Of a DNA stretch of 64,000 nt, positions 1 to 8,122 are shown piece after piece. The stretch's first letter is position 1, and each line of letters opens with the position of its first letter. Under the pieces are notes generated by a model that was not told where the DNA came from, ran no database searches, and saw only the letters and a program-made list of their open reading frames with translations. The stretch is from Halieaceae bacterium (GTDB taxonomy: Bacteria > Pseudomonadota > Gammaproteobacteria > Pseudomonadales > Halieaceae): positions 3,445,472-3,509,471 of the forward strand of contig OY770025.1 in the NCBI GenBank assembly GCA_963669435.1, written 5' to 3'. Position numbers and translations under genes: made by a program.

Positions 1-627
1 CTCAGGCTCTCCGCCTCTGTATTCAGCTATGACTACAAGGACCAGCACGTGCAGGTGATCTCCGCGGATGCTTCAGCGCTCGTTCAAAATGCCGCCAGTT
101 CAAGCATTGAGGGCTTCGAACTCGAAGGGCAGGTAATTTTCGCACCCTGGTTCTCACTGGACTTCGGTTTCTCCGTGCTGGACGCAGAATATGATGAATT
201 CCCTAACGCACAGGCGTTCATCATTGGGACAAGCCCGGGAGATCTCGACCCCACAGGCTTCATCAACCAGACCACCAGCGTGGACGCCTCAGGCAACCAG
301 ACGGTGAGGAGTCCCGATTTTACCTACTTCATCGCCCCGCGCTTTGATATTCCAGTGTCATCAGGTTCACTGGTACTCTCCGGCATCTACTCCTACTCGG
401 ATGAATTCACCTACGATGCCGCTGGACAGGGCGTACAGGATGACTATGGCGTACTCAACGCTTCACTGACATATACCTCTGAAAACGAGGGCTGGTATGC
501 ACGTCTGTGGGGGAAAAATCTCACCGATGAGGAGTATTTTGTGTACGTGGCCGTCGACAACGTGGGGGTTAAAAACTCCTGGGCAGCGCCCATAACGTAC
601 GGGCTCTCGGTCGGTGTAAATTTCTAG
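1..627 (+). CDS. TonB-dependent receptor, C-terminal portion (5' end outside window)
   Basis: Frame 1 is open from base 1 (LRLSASVFSYDYKDQH...) into listed ORF 49..627. Beta-barrel-like sequence with 'WGKNLTDEEY' and terminal '...YGLSVGVNF', whose C-terminal Phe is typical of the OMP/TBDR beta-signal. Confidence 0.85.
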   Translation, partial: LRLSASVFSYDYKDQHVQVISADASALVQNAASSSIEGFELEGQVIFAPWFSLDFGFSVLDAEYDEFPNAQAFIIGTSPGDLDPTGFINQTTSVDASGNQTVRSPDFTYFIAPRFDIPVSSGSLVLSGIYSYSDEFTYDAAGQGVQDDYGVLNASLTYTSENEGWYARLWGKNLTDEEYFVYVAVDNVGVKNSWAAPITYGLSVGVNF

Positions 628-648
628 CCGGCTTGTGCAACTCCCTTT

Positions 649-681
649 TGGGGGCCCAGTAACAGAGGGCCCCCACTTTTT
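649..681 (+). terminator. Rho-independent terminator after the TBDR fragment
   Basis: Perfect 9-bp stem TGGGGGCCC / GGGCCCCCA (649-657 / 667-675) with a 9-nt loop, followed by CTTTTT (676-681), 22 nt after the stop codon. Confidence 0.6.
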
Positions 682-833
682 CCTGCAACAGGAAACATTA
701 ACCTACTTCGAGGTGTTGCTTTGTGTAATTCTTGGTGTTGACTGCCTGGCTCCAGGGCCGGCGGACAATGTTTAGTTGGAATCCAACCTAAACTACCAGA
801 GAACCCTGAACCGATATATCACCGGAGATCGAT

Positions 834-1856
834 ATGACAACGCTTGCCACGCAACCAAGATTGGTCCTTTTTGGTGTGGGGTTTGTCGGCCAGCGCCTGG
901 TGCGAATCGCTGACATGAAGGGCTGGCCGATTGTCGCCGCCTTTAACCGGGCGGGCGACAAGGTGGGCCAGGATATTGGTCGACTCGCCGGGCTGGATAA
1001 AGACCTTGGCGTAGTCGTCCTGGATAACGAGCAGGCCGATTATGCAAATCTCGATGCCGATATCGCGCTTATTGCAGCAACCGACAGGCTGGAAGTGAAT
1101 TACCCGATTTACGAGGCCTTTCTTAACGTTGGCATCAACGTGTTATGTCACGGCATGCAGGCTTACCTCCCCTACTGGGCCAATAATGAACTTGCTGAGA
1201 CGATAGACGCTCTGGCGAGGGACAACGGTGTTACGTTCAGCGGAGGTGGAATCTGGGATTCCACCCGCATCTGGGCCGGCCTGGTAACCGCCGGGCCCTG
1301 CGTGCGAATCGATTCCTTGGTGCATCGCAGCAGCACTGAAATCGCCCGCCAGGGCTTGCACTTTTTTGCCCAGCAGGGTGTTGATATGACCCTGCACGAC
1401 TACGAGGAAAAAGTTGGGCGTGAAGCAGACTTCATGACCGATTGCCTGCAAATACCTTCGGTTGCAGTTATCCAATCGCTTGGCTACACCGTTAGCAATG
1501 TCAATGCGCGCCGGGAGCCCGTTGTCTGGGATGAACCCGTATTTGTACCGGAGTTGGACAAGGAACTGGCGCCGGGAACCTGCCTGGGCAGTCGGATCAT
1601 CATCGATGTAGAGACCGAGGAAGGTGTCCCAGCGCACAATGAGATTGAGTATCGGATATTCAAGCCTGGCGAAGACGAGATCATGTTCTGGCGCATTAAT
1701 GGCTTACCCGGTATGGAGATGACCCTGAAAAGGGAAGATTCGGATATGGCATCAGCATCGAGTTTGATTAATCGCATACCCGATGTCATTGCGGCAGAAG
1801 CCGGCCTTAAACAATTAACCCGGCTTGGGCCATTAAATCCAACAGCGGTTCTATAA
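834..1856 (+). CDS. NAD(P)-binding oxidoreductase, DapB-N-like / amine-dehydrogenase-like family
   Basis: 340-aa ORF with GGAG RBS before the ATG. N-terminal Rossmann 'LVLFGVGFVGQRLV', then 'AAFNRAGDKVGQDIGRLAGL', as in the dihydrodipicolinate-reductase-like amine dehydrogenase family. Family assignment is from memory. Confidence 0.6.
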   Translation: MTTLATQPRLVLFGVGFVGQRLVRIADMKGWPIVAAFNRAGDKVGQDIGRLAGLDKDLGVVVLDNEQADYANLDADIALIAATDRLEVNYPIYEAFLNVGINVLCHGMQAYLPYWANNELAETIDALARDNGVTFSGGGIWDSTRIWAGLVTAGPCVRIDSLVHRSSTEIARQGLHFFAQQGVDMTLHDYEEKVGREADFMTDCLQIPSVAVIQSLGYTVSNVNARREPVVWDEPVFVPELDKELAPGTCLGSRIIIDVETEEGVPAHNEIEYRIFKPGEDEIMFWRINGLPGMEMTLKREDSDMASASSLINRIPDVIAAEAGLKQLTRLGPLNPTAVL

Positions 1857-1901
1857 CCGTTCGACAAGAAAAACAGGGGGAGTAAGCCGAGGTAGGAAAT
1901 T

Positions 1902-2021
1902 ATGAGTTACAAATTCAGCGAGAACAATGTGAGCGCCGACAGCCTGATGGCTGATGCAGTGAAAGCAACGGGACTGGATGATTTTGGCGATACGGGGTGT
2001 GAATTCCAGGCACATAATTAG
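1902..2021 (+). pseudogene. Remnant of a sulfotransferase gene (N-terminal ~35 codons only)
   Basis: 39-codon ORF MSYKFSENNVSADSLMADAVKATGLDDFGDTGCEFQAHN*. It aligns with the N-terminus of the intact sulfotransferase at 12704..13870 (QQNINAVSLMSEAVAESGLEDFGDTWIQPH) and then stops. The PAPS-binding loop is absent. Confidence 0.5.
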
Positions 2022-2085
2022 TTGCATTGTCTGCAGATCTAGGCTCAAATCCTAACGTCAATCTGAGTCGAGTCGCCTACAGTCG

Positions 2086-2748
2086 ATGCCCGCTAAAGCC
2101 CCAAACCGCAATTACTTGCGAATACTTGATAAAAGTATGGAGATGTTTAACCAGGATGGCGTGATCCGGGTTACTGTACAGAATATTGCAGAAGCGTTAT
2201 CTATTAGTCCTGGCAACGTTACGTACCACTTCAAGAAAAAGGTTGATATTGTCCACGCTATTCTGGACCGTCTGGAACGAGAATTGATCGAGCTACTCGA
2301 TCGGGGTATCCATTTGAAGAGCAAGGTGGATCCCGAAGAGCACTATGAACTGGTGGTATCAATTAGTCGCCTACTGTGGAGATACCGTTTCATCTTTAAT
2401 TTTATCCTCTACCTGAATTCCCTGGACCCCAAATTTGGAGAGCGCTTTAAGCTCTTCCAGGAGCACGTAACTGATGCAATGATGGCCCTGGTCGACCAGT
2501 CGATAAATAACGGTTGGATAAAAAAATCGCGAGCGCCGAGAGACAGGCGACTGCTCAGCGATAACTTATGGTATATCTGGCTCAGTGCGATCAGGGTGAG
2601 TGAGCTGGAGCCCGACAATGGTAAAAACTCAGAACAGCGCAGTGTTGTCTCGGCGCTGAAGCATCACATGTCCTATATGGAAAATTACTACGACGAGAAG
2701 ATGTACCAGGAATGGGATGCCTACCTCGCCAGAATCGACACGGACTGA
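2086..2748 (+). CDS. TetR family transcriptional regulator (paralog 1 of 3)
   Basis: HTH 'VTVQNIAEALSISPGNVTYHFKKKVDIV'. Shares the 'LWRYRFIFNF' block with the ORFs at 38776 and 49390. Confidence 0.85.
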   Translation: MPAKAPNRNYLRILDKSMEMFNQDGVIRVTVQNIAEALSISPGNVTYHFKKKVDIVHAILDRLERELIELLDRGIHLKSKVDPEEHYELVVSISRLLWRYRFIFNFILYLNSLDPKFGERFKLFQEHVTDAMMALVDQSINNGWIKKSRAPRDRRLLSDNLWYIWLSAIRVSELEPDNGKNSEQRSVVSALKHHMSYMENYYDEKMYQEWDAYLARIDTD

Positions 2749-2751
2749 CGG

Positions 2752-4095
2752 TTAGGACGCTGTTTCTTGCCAGGCAGTGGCCGGAATGCGTTGCCTGATA
2801 TCCTCCGCGGCCAGTCGTGCGGTTTCTGCTCCCAACGCCAAACCCACGAACCCTGGCACACGAATTCCATCGCCCACATTGTAGAGATTCTGGACCGGTG
2901 TTTTCTGCGGCAGGTAATGTGACATCGCGCGAAATACAGGCCAGTCGCGATCAAAGTTCTCAATTGACAGAATATTGCTCTTCTCCAGGGCGCCGGGTAT
3001 AAACTGCCCGATCTCGGCAATTGTCGAATCAATTTCCAACTGCACATCAATTTGGGTGTCAGCAGTTACCGGATCCGGAATAGAAGCCCACACCTCAGTG
3101 AGGTGTTTCCCCTCGGGTGCTAGCTCAGGGCAACTGTTGGTGGGGCAGAACATGGCAGATATTTTTTTCGTGCCCACAGGAAATATCAGGTAAGGATGGT
3201 CAATAAGGGGAGCGTCGCTTTCGAGCAGAACCACCGTATACAGGGGAGCATACTGGCAACGTGCCAGTTCTTTCAGGTAGGCCGGGTCGAAATGCTCGTG
3301 GCCGGTTATCCTCGCCGTCGGGTGAGGCCCCATGTTACTCACCACTGCCTGTGAGGACACTTCGAGACTCTCGCCGCGCTTATTGGTCAAACGTACGCCT
3401 TTAGTCTGGTGATCTTCTACGAGTACCTGCTCAACCTGGCAGTTCTTCCACACCTCGCCTTCGTTGGCCTTGACCACATTGACCAGCGGTTTAAGAAATT
3501 CAGCGTTGCCCTTAGGTGCGACTGTAATTCGCCAGGGACGCTGCATTTGCCCCTTGACCAGGGCCAGCAGGTCGGTGACGTCCAACTCGTCGTAATTGGA
3601 ACACAAAAAAGCCGTAATCACCGGGAAAAAGGGCTCCATGACCTTTGGGTCAGCGGTGTATTGACCTATCCAGTCGCGAAAACTCATCCCCGGGGTGGGG
3701 AGTTCCCAGGTTAGCGCTCTTTCGAGAGCCTGTAACACCCGCATTGCCCCTTCCTTGTCGTCGGCGACGGTCATAATCGAATGGCCCAGGCCATCGGCAA
3801 TGGTTGAGATGTTGTCCTCGCCATTGACCCGCCACGCCAACGCATCAATATCCCGGCCAGGAAAGTCCAGGCCGCACTCGGTAAAAGTGTCTTCAATTAC
3901 GCTGTTGGCCGGTACGATGATCGCCCCCGTGGTTTTGACAAACCCTTTGGTCTTAATCGCCGAAAAGCGCCCACCGATTAGCGATGTACGCTCTGCGAGT
4001 AATACTCTGTAGCCGGCATTGGACAGGCGTGCAGCAGTGCATACCCCACCGATGCCGGCGCCTATTACAACGACATCGAACTCAAGGGGCTTCAC
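2752..4095 (-). CDS. NAD(P)/FAD-dependent oxidoreductase (phytoene-desaturase-like fold)
   Basis: N-terminal dinucleotide motif 'DVVVIGAGIGGVCTAARLSNAGYRVLLAERTSLIGGR'. GTG start overlaps the stop of the upstream ferredoxin gene (GTGA). Confidence 0.8.
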   Translation of the reverse strand: MKPLEFDVVVIGAGIGGVCTAARLSNAGYRVLLAERTSLIGGRFSAIKTKGFVKTTGAIIVPANSVIEDTFTECGLDFPGRDIDALAWRVNGEDNISTIADGLGHSIMTVADDKEGAMRVLQALERALTWELPTPGMSFRDWIGQYTADPKVMEPFFPVITAFLCSNYDELDVTDLLALVKGQMQRPWRITVAPKGNAEFLKPLVNVVKANEGEVWKNCQVEQVLVEDHQTKGVRLTNKRGESLEVSSQAVVSNMGPHPTARITGHEHFDPAYLKELARCQYAPLYTVVLLESDAPLIDHPYLIFPVGTKKISAMFCPTNSCPELAPEGKHLTEVWASIPDPVTADTQIDVQLEIDSTIAEIGQFIPGALEKSNILSIENFDRDWPVFRAMSHYLPQKTPVQNLYNVGDGIRVPGFVGLALGAETARLAAEDIRQRIPATAWQETAS

Positions 4096-4358
4096 CCTTG
4101 TGCCTCCAACACCTCTTTACTGTTTACTTCGAATGCACCCAGGACGGGGCAATGGTGGAAGCAAAGAAGGCACTTGGGCATTCCGGAGCGCGTGTAAGTC
4201 CCGTCAAACGCAATGCAGCTCTTTTCCTTCAGAAGCGCGATACCGGTATCGGTATGTATGGCATCCTCAGGGCAAATCGCTTCGCAGTTACCACAGCCCA
4301 CGCAGGATGACGTTACCGCCAGTGGTACCAATCCGGGGTGCTGTTGCTCTTTACCCAC
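4092..4358 (-). CDS. 4Fe-4S dicluster ferredoxin-like protein
   Basis: 'CVGCGNCEAICP' is a canonical CxxCxxCxxxCP. The second motif is C-x14-C-x2-C-x3-CP ('CIAFDG...KCLLCFHHCP'). 4-nt overlap with the downstream FAD oxidoreductase. Confidence 0.8.
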   Translation of the reverse strand: MGKEQQHPGLVPLAVTSSCVGCGNCEAICPEDAIHTDTGIALLKEKSCIAFDGTYTRSGMPKCLLCFHHCPVLGAFEVNSKEVLEAQG

Positions 4359-4367
4359 CTGCGTTAT

Positions 4368-5405
4368 TTAGCGCGCGAATGTCTTACAGATCTGAATGAA
4401 GGAGTCGTAGCTTTCCTCTTCAGTTAATGGGGGTACGTAGGGTGTATGTAGCACCGCGTGAGGAACAAAGTCGGTAAAATAACTCAATTGCTGACGGCAC
4501 TCCTGGGGTGTTCCTACCACGGCGTAGCGCTCCAGAAGCACATCCGACACCGTTTCCGCGAGGGTGGCCGGGCCTCCAGTCATCAGGCCGTCCATGACCT
4601 TGTTGCGTTCATCAAGGAGTCCGTCCCTGGCCAGCACAAAGTCTCCCAATGGGTGGCAAACGTAGGTACCCACCTGTATGCGCGCCCTGTACAGGGCGAC
4701 TTCCCGGTCATCATGGGGACTGCAGATGACATACTGTACGATATCAATTTCGCTCTCGTCACGGTCCGCCCGTGCCGCACCCTCGGCCAGTCCTGGAATC
4801 AAGTGGTTTTGTAGGAGGTCGGGTGAGGGCAGGAAACCCATGATGCCATCACAGAGTTCACCTGCCAGGCGTAACATGGCGGGCTGAATTGCGCCCAGGT
4901 AGAGTGGGAAATCGGGCAGCGGGAACGGGCGTTGTCCGAATGGATTGTGCGGCGGAGTGGCAGATTTGTAAAACTCTCCTTCAAATGAAAATTCTTCCCC
5001 GGAGCGCGCGTGTTCGAGGTACATCTTCATGATCTTGACGTACTCGCGCATGCGGGTGGCTGGTCGATCCAGCTTTACGCCATTATAGAATTCGTTAAAG
5101 CTGGCGCCCCCCGGCCCGATAACAAGTCGCAAACGCCCGTTTGATAGCTCGTTGACATCCATGGCAGCGTTGGACATTTCAAACGGCGTCCTTTGTGCTG
5201 CGGCGGCAAGGCCAATTGCCAGGTCAATCTTGCTTGTTGTTGTGGCCGCTGTCGCCTGTTGAACGAACCCATTGCGATACGCTTCGTACCCCCAGACAGA
5301 GTCGAAACCGCTGTCTTCTGCCAACCGGGCCATTTCGCCAAAGCGGTGCATGGGTTGGTTAACGCCGGGCATAGATACGCCCAGCCTGGAAATTCTATTT
5401 GCCAT
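4368..5405 (-). CDS. LLM-class (luciferase-like) flavin/F420-dependent oxidoreductase
   Basis: 345 aa. N-terminus 'LGVSMPG...FGEMARLAEDSGFDSVWGYEAY' is typical of the bacterial luciferase-like monooxygenase TIM barrel. First gene of the LLM-ferredoxin-FAD oxidoreductase operon. Confidence 0.8.
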   Translation of the reverse strand: MANRISRLGVSMPGVNQPMHRFGEMARLAEDSGFDSVWGYEAYRNGFVQQATAATTTSKIDLAIGLAAAAQRTPFEMSNAAMDVNELSNGRLRLVIGPGGASFNEFYNGVKLDRPATRMREYVKIMKMYLEHARSGEEFSFEGEFYKSATPPHNPFGQRPFPLPDFPLYLGAIQPAMLRLAGELCDGIMGFLPSPDLLQNHLIPGLAEGAARADRDESEIDIVQYVICSPHDDREVALYRARIQVGTYVCHPLGDFVLARDGLLDERNKVMDGLMTGGPATLAETVSDVLLERYAVVGTPQECRQQLSYFTDFVPHAVLHTPYVPPLTEEESYDSFIQICKTFAR

Positions 5406-5549
5406 AGTAAAGATCCACTAGTTGTCTAATAACTTGACGACTTACGACGAATACTGCCTCACTCGTTGGTTCCTGCTTCCGTCGATTGGTCGTTGTGTTG
5501 CAAGTTCGTCCTCGGTGAAATTCGAAAATGGTGTTGTGTAATAATACGT

Positions 5550-5567
5550 ATAGTTGTACTATACTAA
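5550..5567. promoter_or_regulatory. Operator-like inverted repeat aTAGT-N8-ACTAA in the divergent LLM / hypothetical-gene intergenic region
   Basis: ATAGTtgtactatACTAA. Same half-sites and same 8-nt spacing as the sites at 50311, 50337 and 52277. Sits 30 nt upstream of the ATG at 5597. Confidence 0.3.
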
Positions 5568-5596
5568 TTATCGAAATGCAACCGTGGAAAGCAACC

Positions 5597-6613
5597 ATGT
5601 CAGATAACAAAACGTTCTTTGTCACCAACCATGACGAGAAAACCTTTGGCACTTTCACCGAGAAAGATGATTTTCTGCATCCGCAGATGAACGCCCTTAT
5701 CACCACTGATGAGGCCACTGAAACACAGTATTTTGGATTCAGTGTCCCCGAAGAGAACATTCATGCCGTCATTTATTTGTGGCACCACGTGAATCTCGGC
5801 ACTGTCTCTGGTGGCGTAATGGTCTGGCAAGGCATAAAGCCCCAGCCACTGGCCGCAGAAATATTTGACTGGCGTCACCACATGAGTGACCGGGTTCTGC
5901 GGAACGATCTTCACAGCTTTGAGTTTGTCAACGGATACAAGGTCGACGTTATCGAGCCACTGAATAAAATTCGCGCCCGCTACGATGACGACAGCCGGGG
6001 TAATAGCTTTGATATCACTTTGAGCGCTGTTGTTGATCCGGTGATGCTGGCCAGTAACGCGCACTTTGAACAGGCAATGCGGGCCCGGGGACAACTTACC
6101 CTGCGTGGCAAATCCTATTCCGTCGATTGCTATAACGTCAGGGATCGCTCCTGGGGCGAAAGCCGTGGCGAGCAACTGTTGCCCATACCACCGGTAACCT
6201 GGATGACGGCAGTATTCGACGAAAACTTTATATTCAGCTGCAACATTACAGACCATCCAGACAAAAACCCGATCTGGAGGAACGCATTCGATGTCAATCC
6301 GGACTCCGTGGTGAAACACGGCTGGATCTATAAGGATGGTGATTTTCTACATGTGATCAAAGCAGAGAAGCTTACCCATTATCGACGCGATACGCTCATC
6401 CCTACCCGGTGCGAAATGGTGCTCATTGACGAACAGGACAATCGTTATGAAATTGAGGGTGAAGTCATAGCGTCCTGTAATTGCAACCTGTGGGCCAATA
6501 TGTCCGCCCCTGTCGCCCTGGTCAAATGGACTTGTGGCGACAAGGTCGCCTATGGTGACTTTATGGATGCTCAGTGGGGTGACTTCGTAAGCCGCTTCAC
6601 TGAGTATGAGTAG
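5597..6613 (+). CDS. Hypothetical protein (possible CrtC/AttH-like beta-sandwich fold)
   Basis: Long ORF. I prefer the ATG at 5597 (MSDNK...) over the listed 5528 because the first 23 codons lie in an AT-rich promoter-like region. The 'VRDRSWGES' motif recalls CrtC/AttH-like hydratase-fold proteins, but this is a weak memory-based call. Confidence 0.55.
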   Translation: MSDNKTFFVTNHDEKTFGTFTEKDDFLHPQMNALITTDEATETQYFGFSVPEENIHAVIYLWHHVNLGTVSGGVMVWQGIKPQPLAAEIFDWRHHMSDRVLRNDLHSFEFVNGYKVDVIEPLNKIRARYDDDSRGNSFDITLSAVVDPVMLASNAHFEQAMRARGQLTLRGKSYSVDCYNVRDRSWGESRGEQLLPIPPVTWMTAVFDENFIFSCNITDHPDKNPIWRNAFDVNPDSVVKHGWIYKDGDFLHVIKAEKLTHYRRDTLIPTRCEMVLIDEQDNRYEIEGEVIASCNCNLWANMSAPVALVKWTCGDKVAYGDFMDAQWGDFVSRFTEYE

Positions 6614-6822
6614 AGCGCCAACCTGGATAACTGAGGCGAAGCCGGACAGTCAGCCGGAGTGTCGAAGTGACATGTGGCGATCAAGCTTGGCTCTTGCGTT
6701 CCGTCGCACATCCCCCCAAAAGTTGAATGCGGATTACGGGTATCACTTAATCTGTGCCGGGCCAGTCTCTGTCGAGCCATTAGAAAACATGTTGATTTCA
6801 CCACAATATATTCTCGAGGGCA

Positions 6823-6836
6823 TGACAAATTTGTCA
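6823..6836. promoter_or_regulatory. Perfect 14-bp palindrome TGACAAATTTGTCA upstream of the LLM gene
   Basis: TGACAAA|TTTGTCA is perfectly self-complementary. It lies 110 nt upstream of the ATG at 6947 in a 330-nt gap without a convincing ORF. Confidence 0.3.
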
Positions 6837-6946
6837 GTTCTCCATTACGAGCAAGTTTGTTCAAAAAGCTTTGCAAGTTAGTTCAAACCTTCTTGCGGCT
6901 GTTCCGTTACAGTAATACCCACAATCAATGAGACTGGAGATTTTTG

Positions 6947-8056
6947 ATGAGCAAGCAGCGGTTTCCCGAATTAGGCTTCTTTACCTGCCCCGGTTATGCA
7001 CTCGATCCAAAGAATGTTTTCGAAGAGGTAACCAGTGGCAGTAAACTCGGCTTCGGCTCAGTGTGGATTTCCGAACGATTCAACACCAAGGATATTGGTG
7101 TAATGTCCGGTATCGCTGCTGCCCTGGCACCGGATATGGCGGTGACGGCCGGCCTGGTCGGCAATTTGCCTCTGCGTCACCCACTGGCCCTGGCCAGCTA
7201 CGCATCCACGATGACGTGCGTCACTGACAAGTTTACCCTGGGTATTGGTCGTGGCATGGATCAGCTTGCGGACTGGTCTGGCACACCCCGCGTAACGTTT
7301 AAGATATTGGAGACCTACATTGACCTGCTGCGGCGCATGTGGAATGGCGAGGTGGTAAGTCACGATGGGCCTCTGGGTAAGTTCGATAAAGTTGGACTGG
7401 GCATGAAGCTGGATAATCCGCCGCCTATTGTAATGGCAGTTATGGGTGATAAGACTTCAGAGTGGGCCGGCGCAAACTGCGACGGGGTGCTTTACAACAG
7501 TCTTTGGTCTGCGCAGGCGATTGAACGCTCAACCGCTGCGGTCAAACGCGGCGCAGAGAGGGCGGGTCGGGACCCCGAGTCGGTGCGGGTCTGGACCGTA
7601 CAAATGACAGCCTGTGAGACGTCCGAAGAGGATGAATTGAATTATATTATCCGGCGCATGAATACTTATGTACGCTTCCCGCCCATGTTCAAAGTCATGT
7701 GTGAGTTCAATGGATGGGACTACAGTGTGGCGGAGAAAATCATGCAGAAGCTGGATGAACTTGATGGCAAGGGATATTCAGAGGGTGGCGGTGTAGGGGA
7801 TGAGCATACCACCCGTAATCTGGACGATTTGCGCACTGTTCGCGATATGTATCCTTTGCAATGGATCGAGGATGGTTGTGCCGTTGGCAGTGCCGATCAT
7901 TGTGCCAGGTTGATGCAGGCCCGCTTTGACGCCGGAGCCGACAGTGTGTTGTTTCATGGTAGCCCGCCCGGGAAGATTGCACCCTTACTGGATGTTTGGG
8001 ACAACTATCGGCCTGCTGCCGCAATGGAATTGCCCGTAACATCAGGAAACAAGTAG
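6947..8056 (+). CDS. LLM-class flavin/F420-dependent oxidoreductase
   Basis: 'FGSVWISERFNTKDIGVMSG' is typical of an LLM N-terminus. ATG at 6947 has GGAG 8 nt upstream; the listed start 6944 is a TTG one codon earlier. Confidence 0.8.
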   Translation: MSKQRFPELGFFTCPGYALDPKNVFEEVTSGSKLGFGSVWISERFNTKDIGVMSGIAAALAPDMAVTAGLVGNLPLRHPLALASYASTMTCVTDKFTLGIGRGMDQLADWSGTPRVTFKILETYIDLLRRMWNGEVVSHDGPLGKFDKVGLGMKLDNPPPIVMAVMGDKTSEWAGANCDGVLYNSLWSAQAIERSTAAVKRGAERAGRDPESVRVWTVQMTACETSEEDELNYIIRRMNTYVRFPPMFKVMCEFNGWDYSVAEKIMQKLDELDGKGYSEGGGVGDEHTTRNLDDLRTVRDMYPLQWIEDGCAVGSADHCARLMQARFDAGADSVLFHGSPPGKIAPLLDVWDNYRPAAAMELPVTSGNK

Positions 8057-8122
8057 CTCGTTAGGGGGCCGCCTTCCAACAGGGGCGAGCCTGGATAACT
8101 AATAAAAGCCACGGTCGTTATT

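Noticed and set aside
6571-6931. Three mutually overlapping ORFs (6606..6881 +, 6674..6931 +, 6571..6876 -) in the gap before the LLM gene.
   Set aside because: They have no motifs and no RBS, they overlap one another, and their amino-acid composition is atypical. The gap is treated as a non-coding regulatory region containing the 14-bp palindrome.
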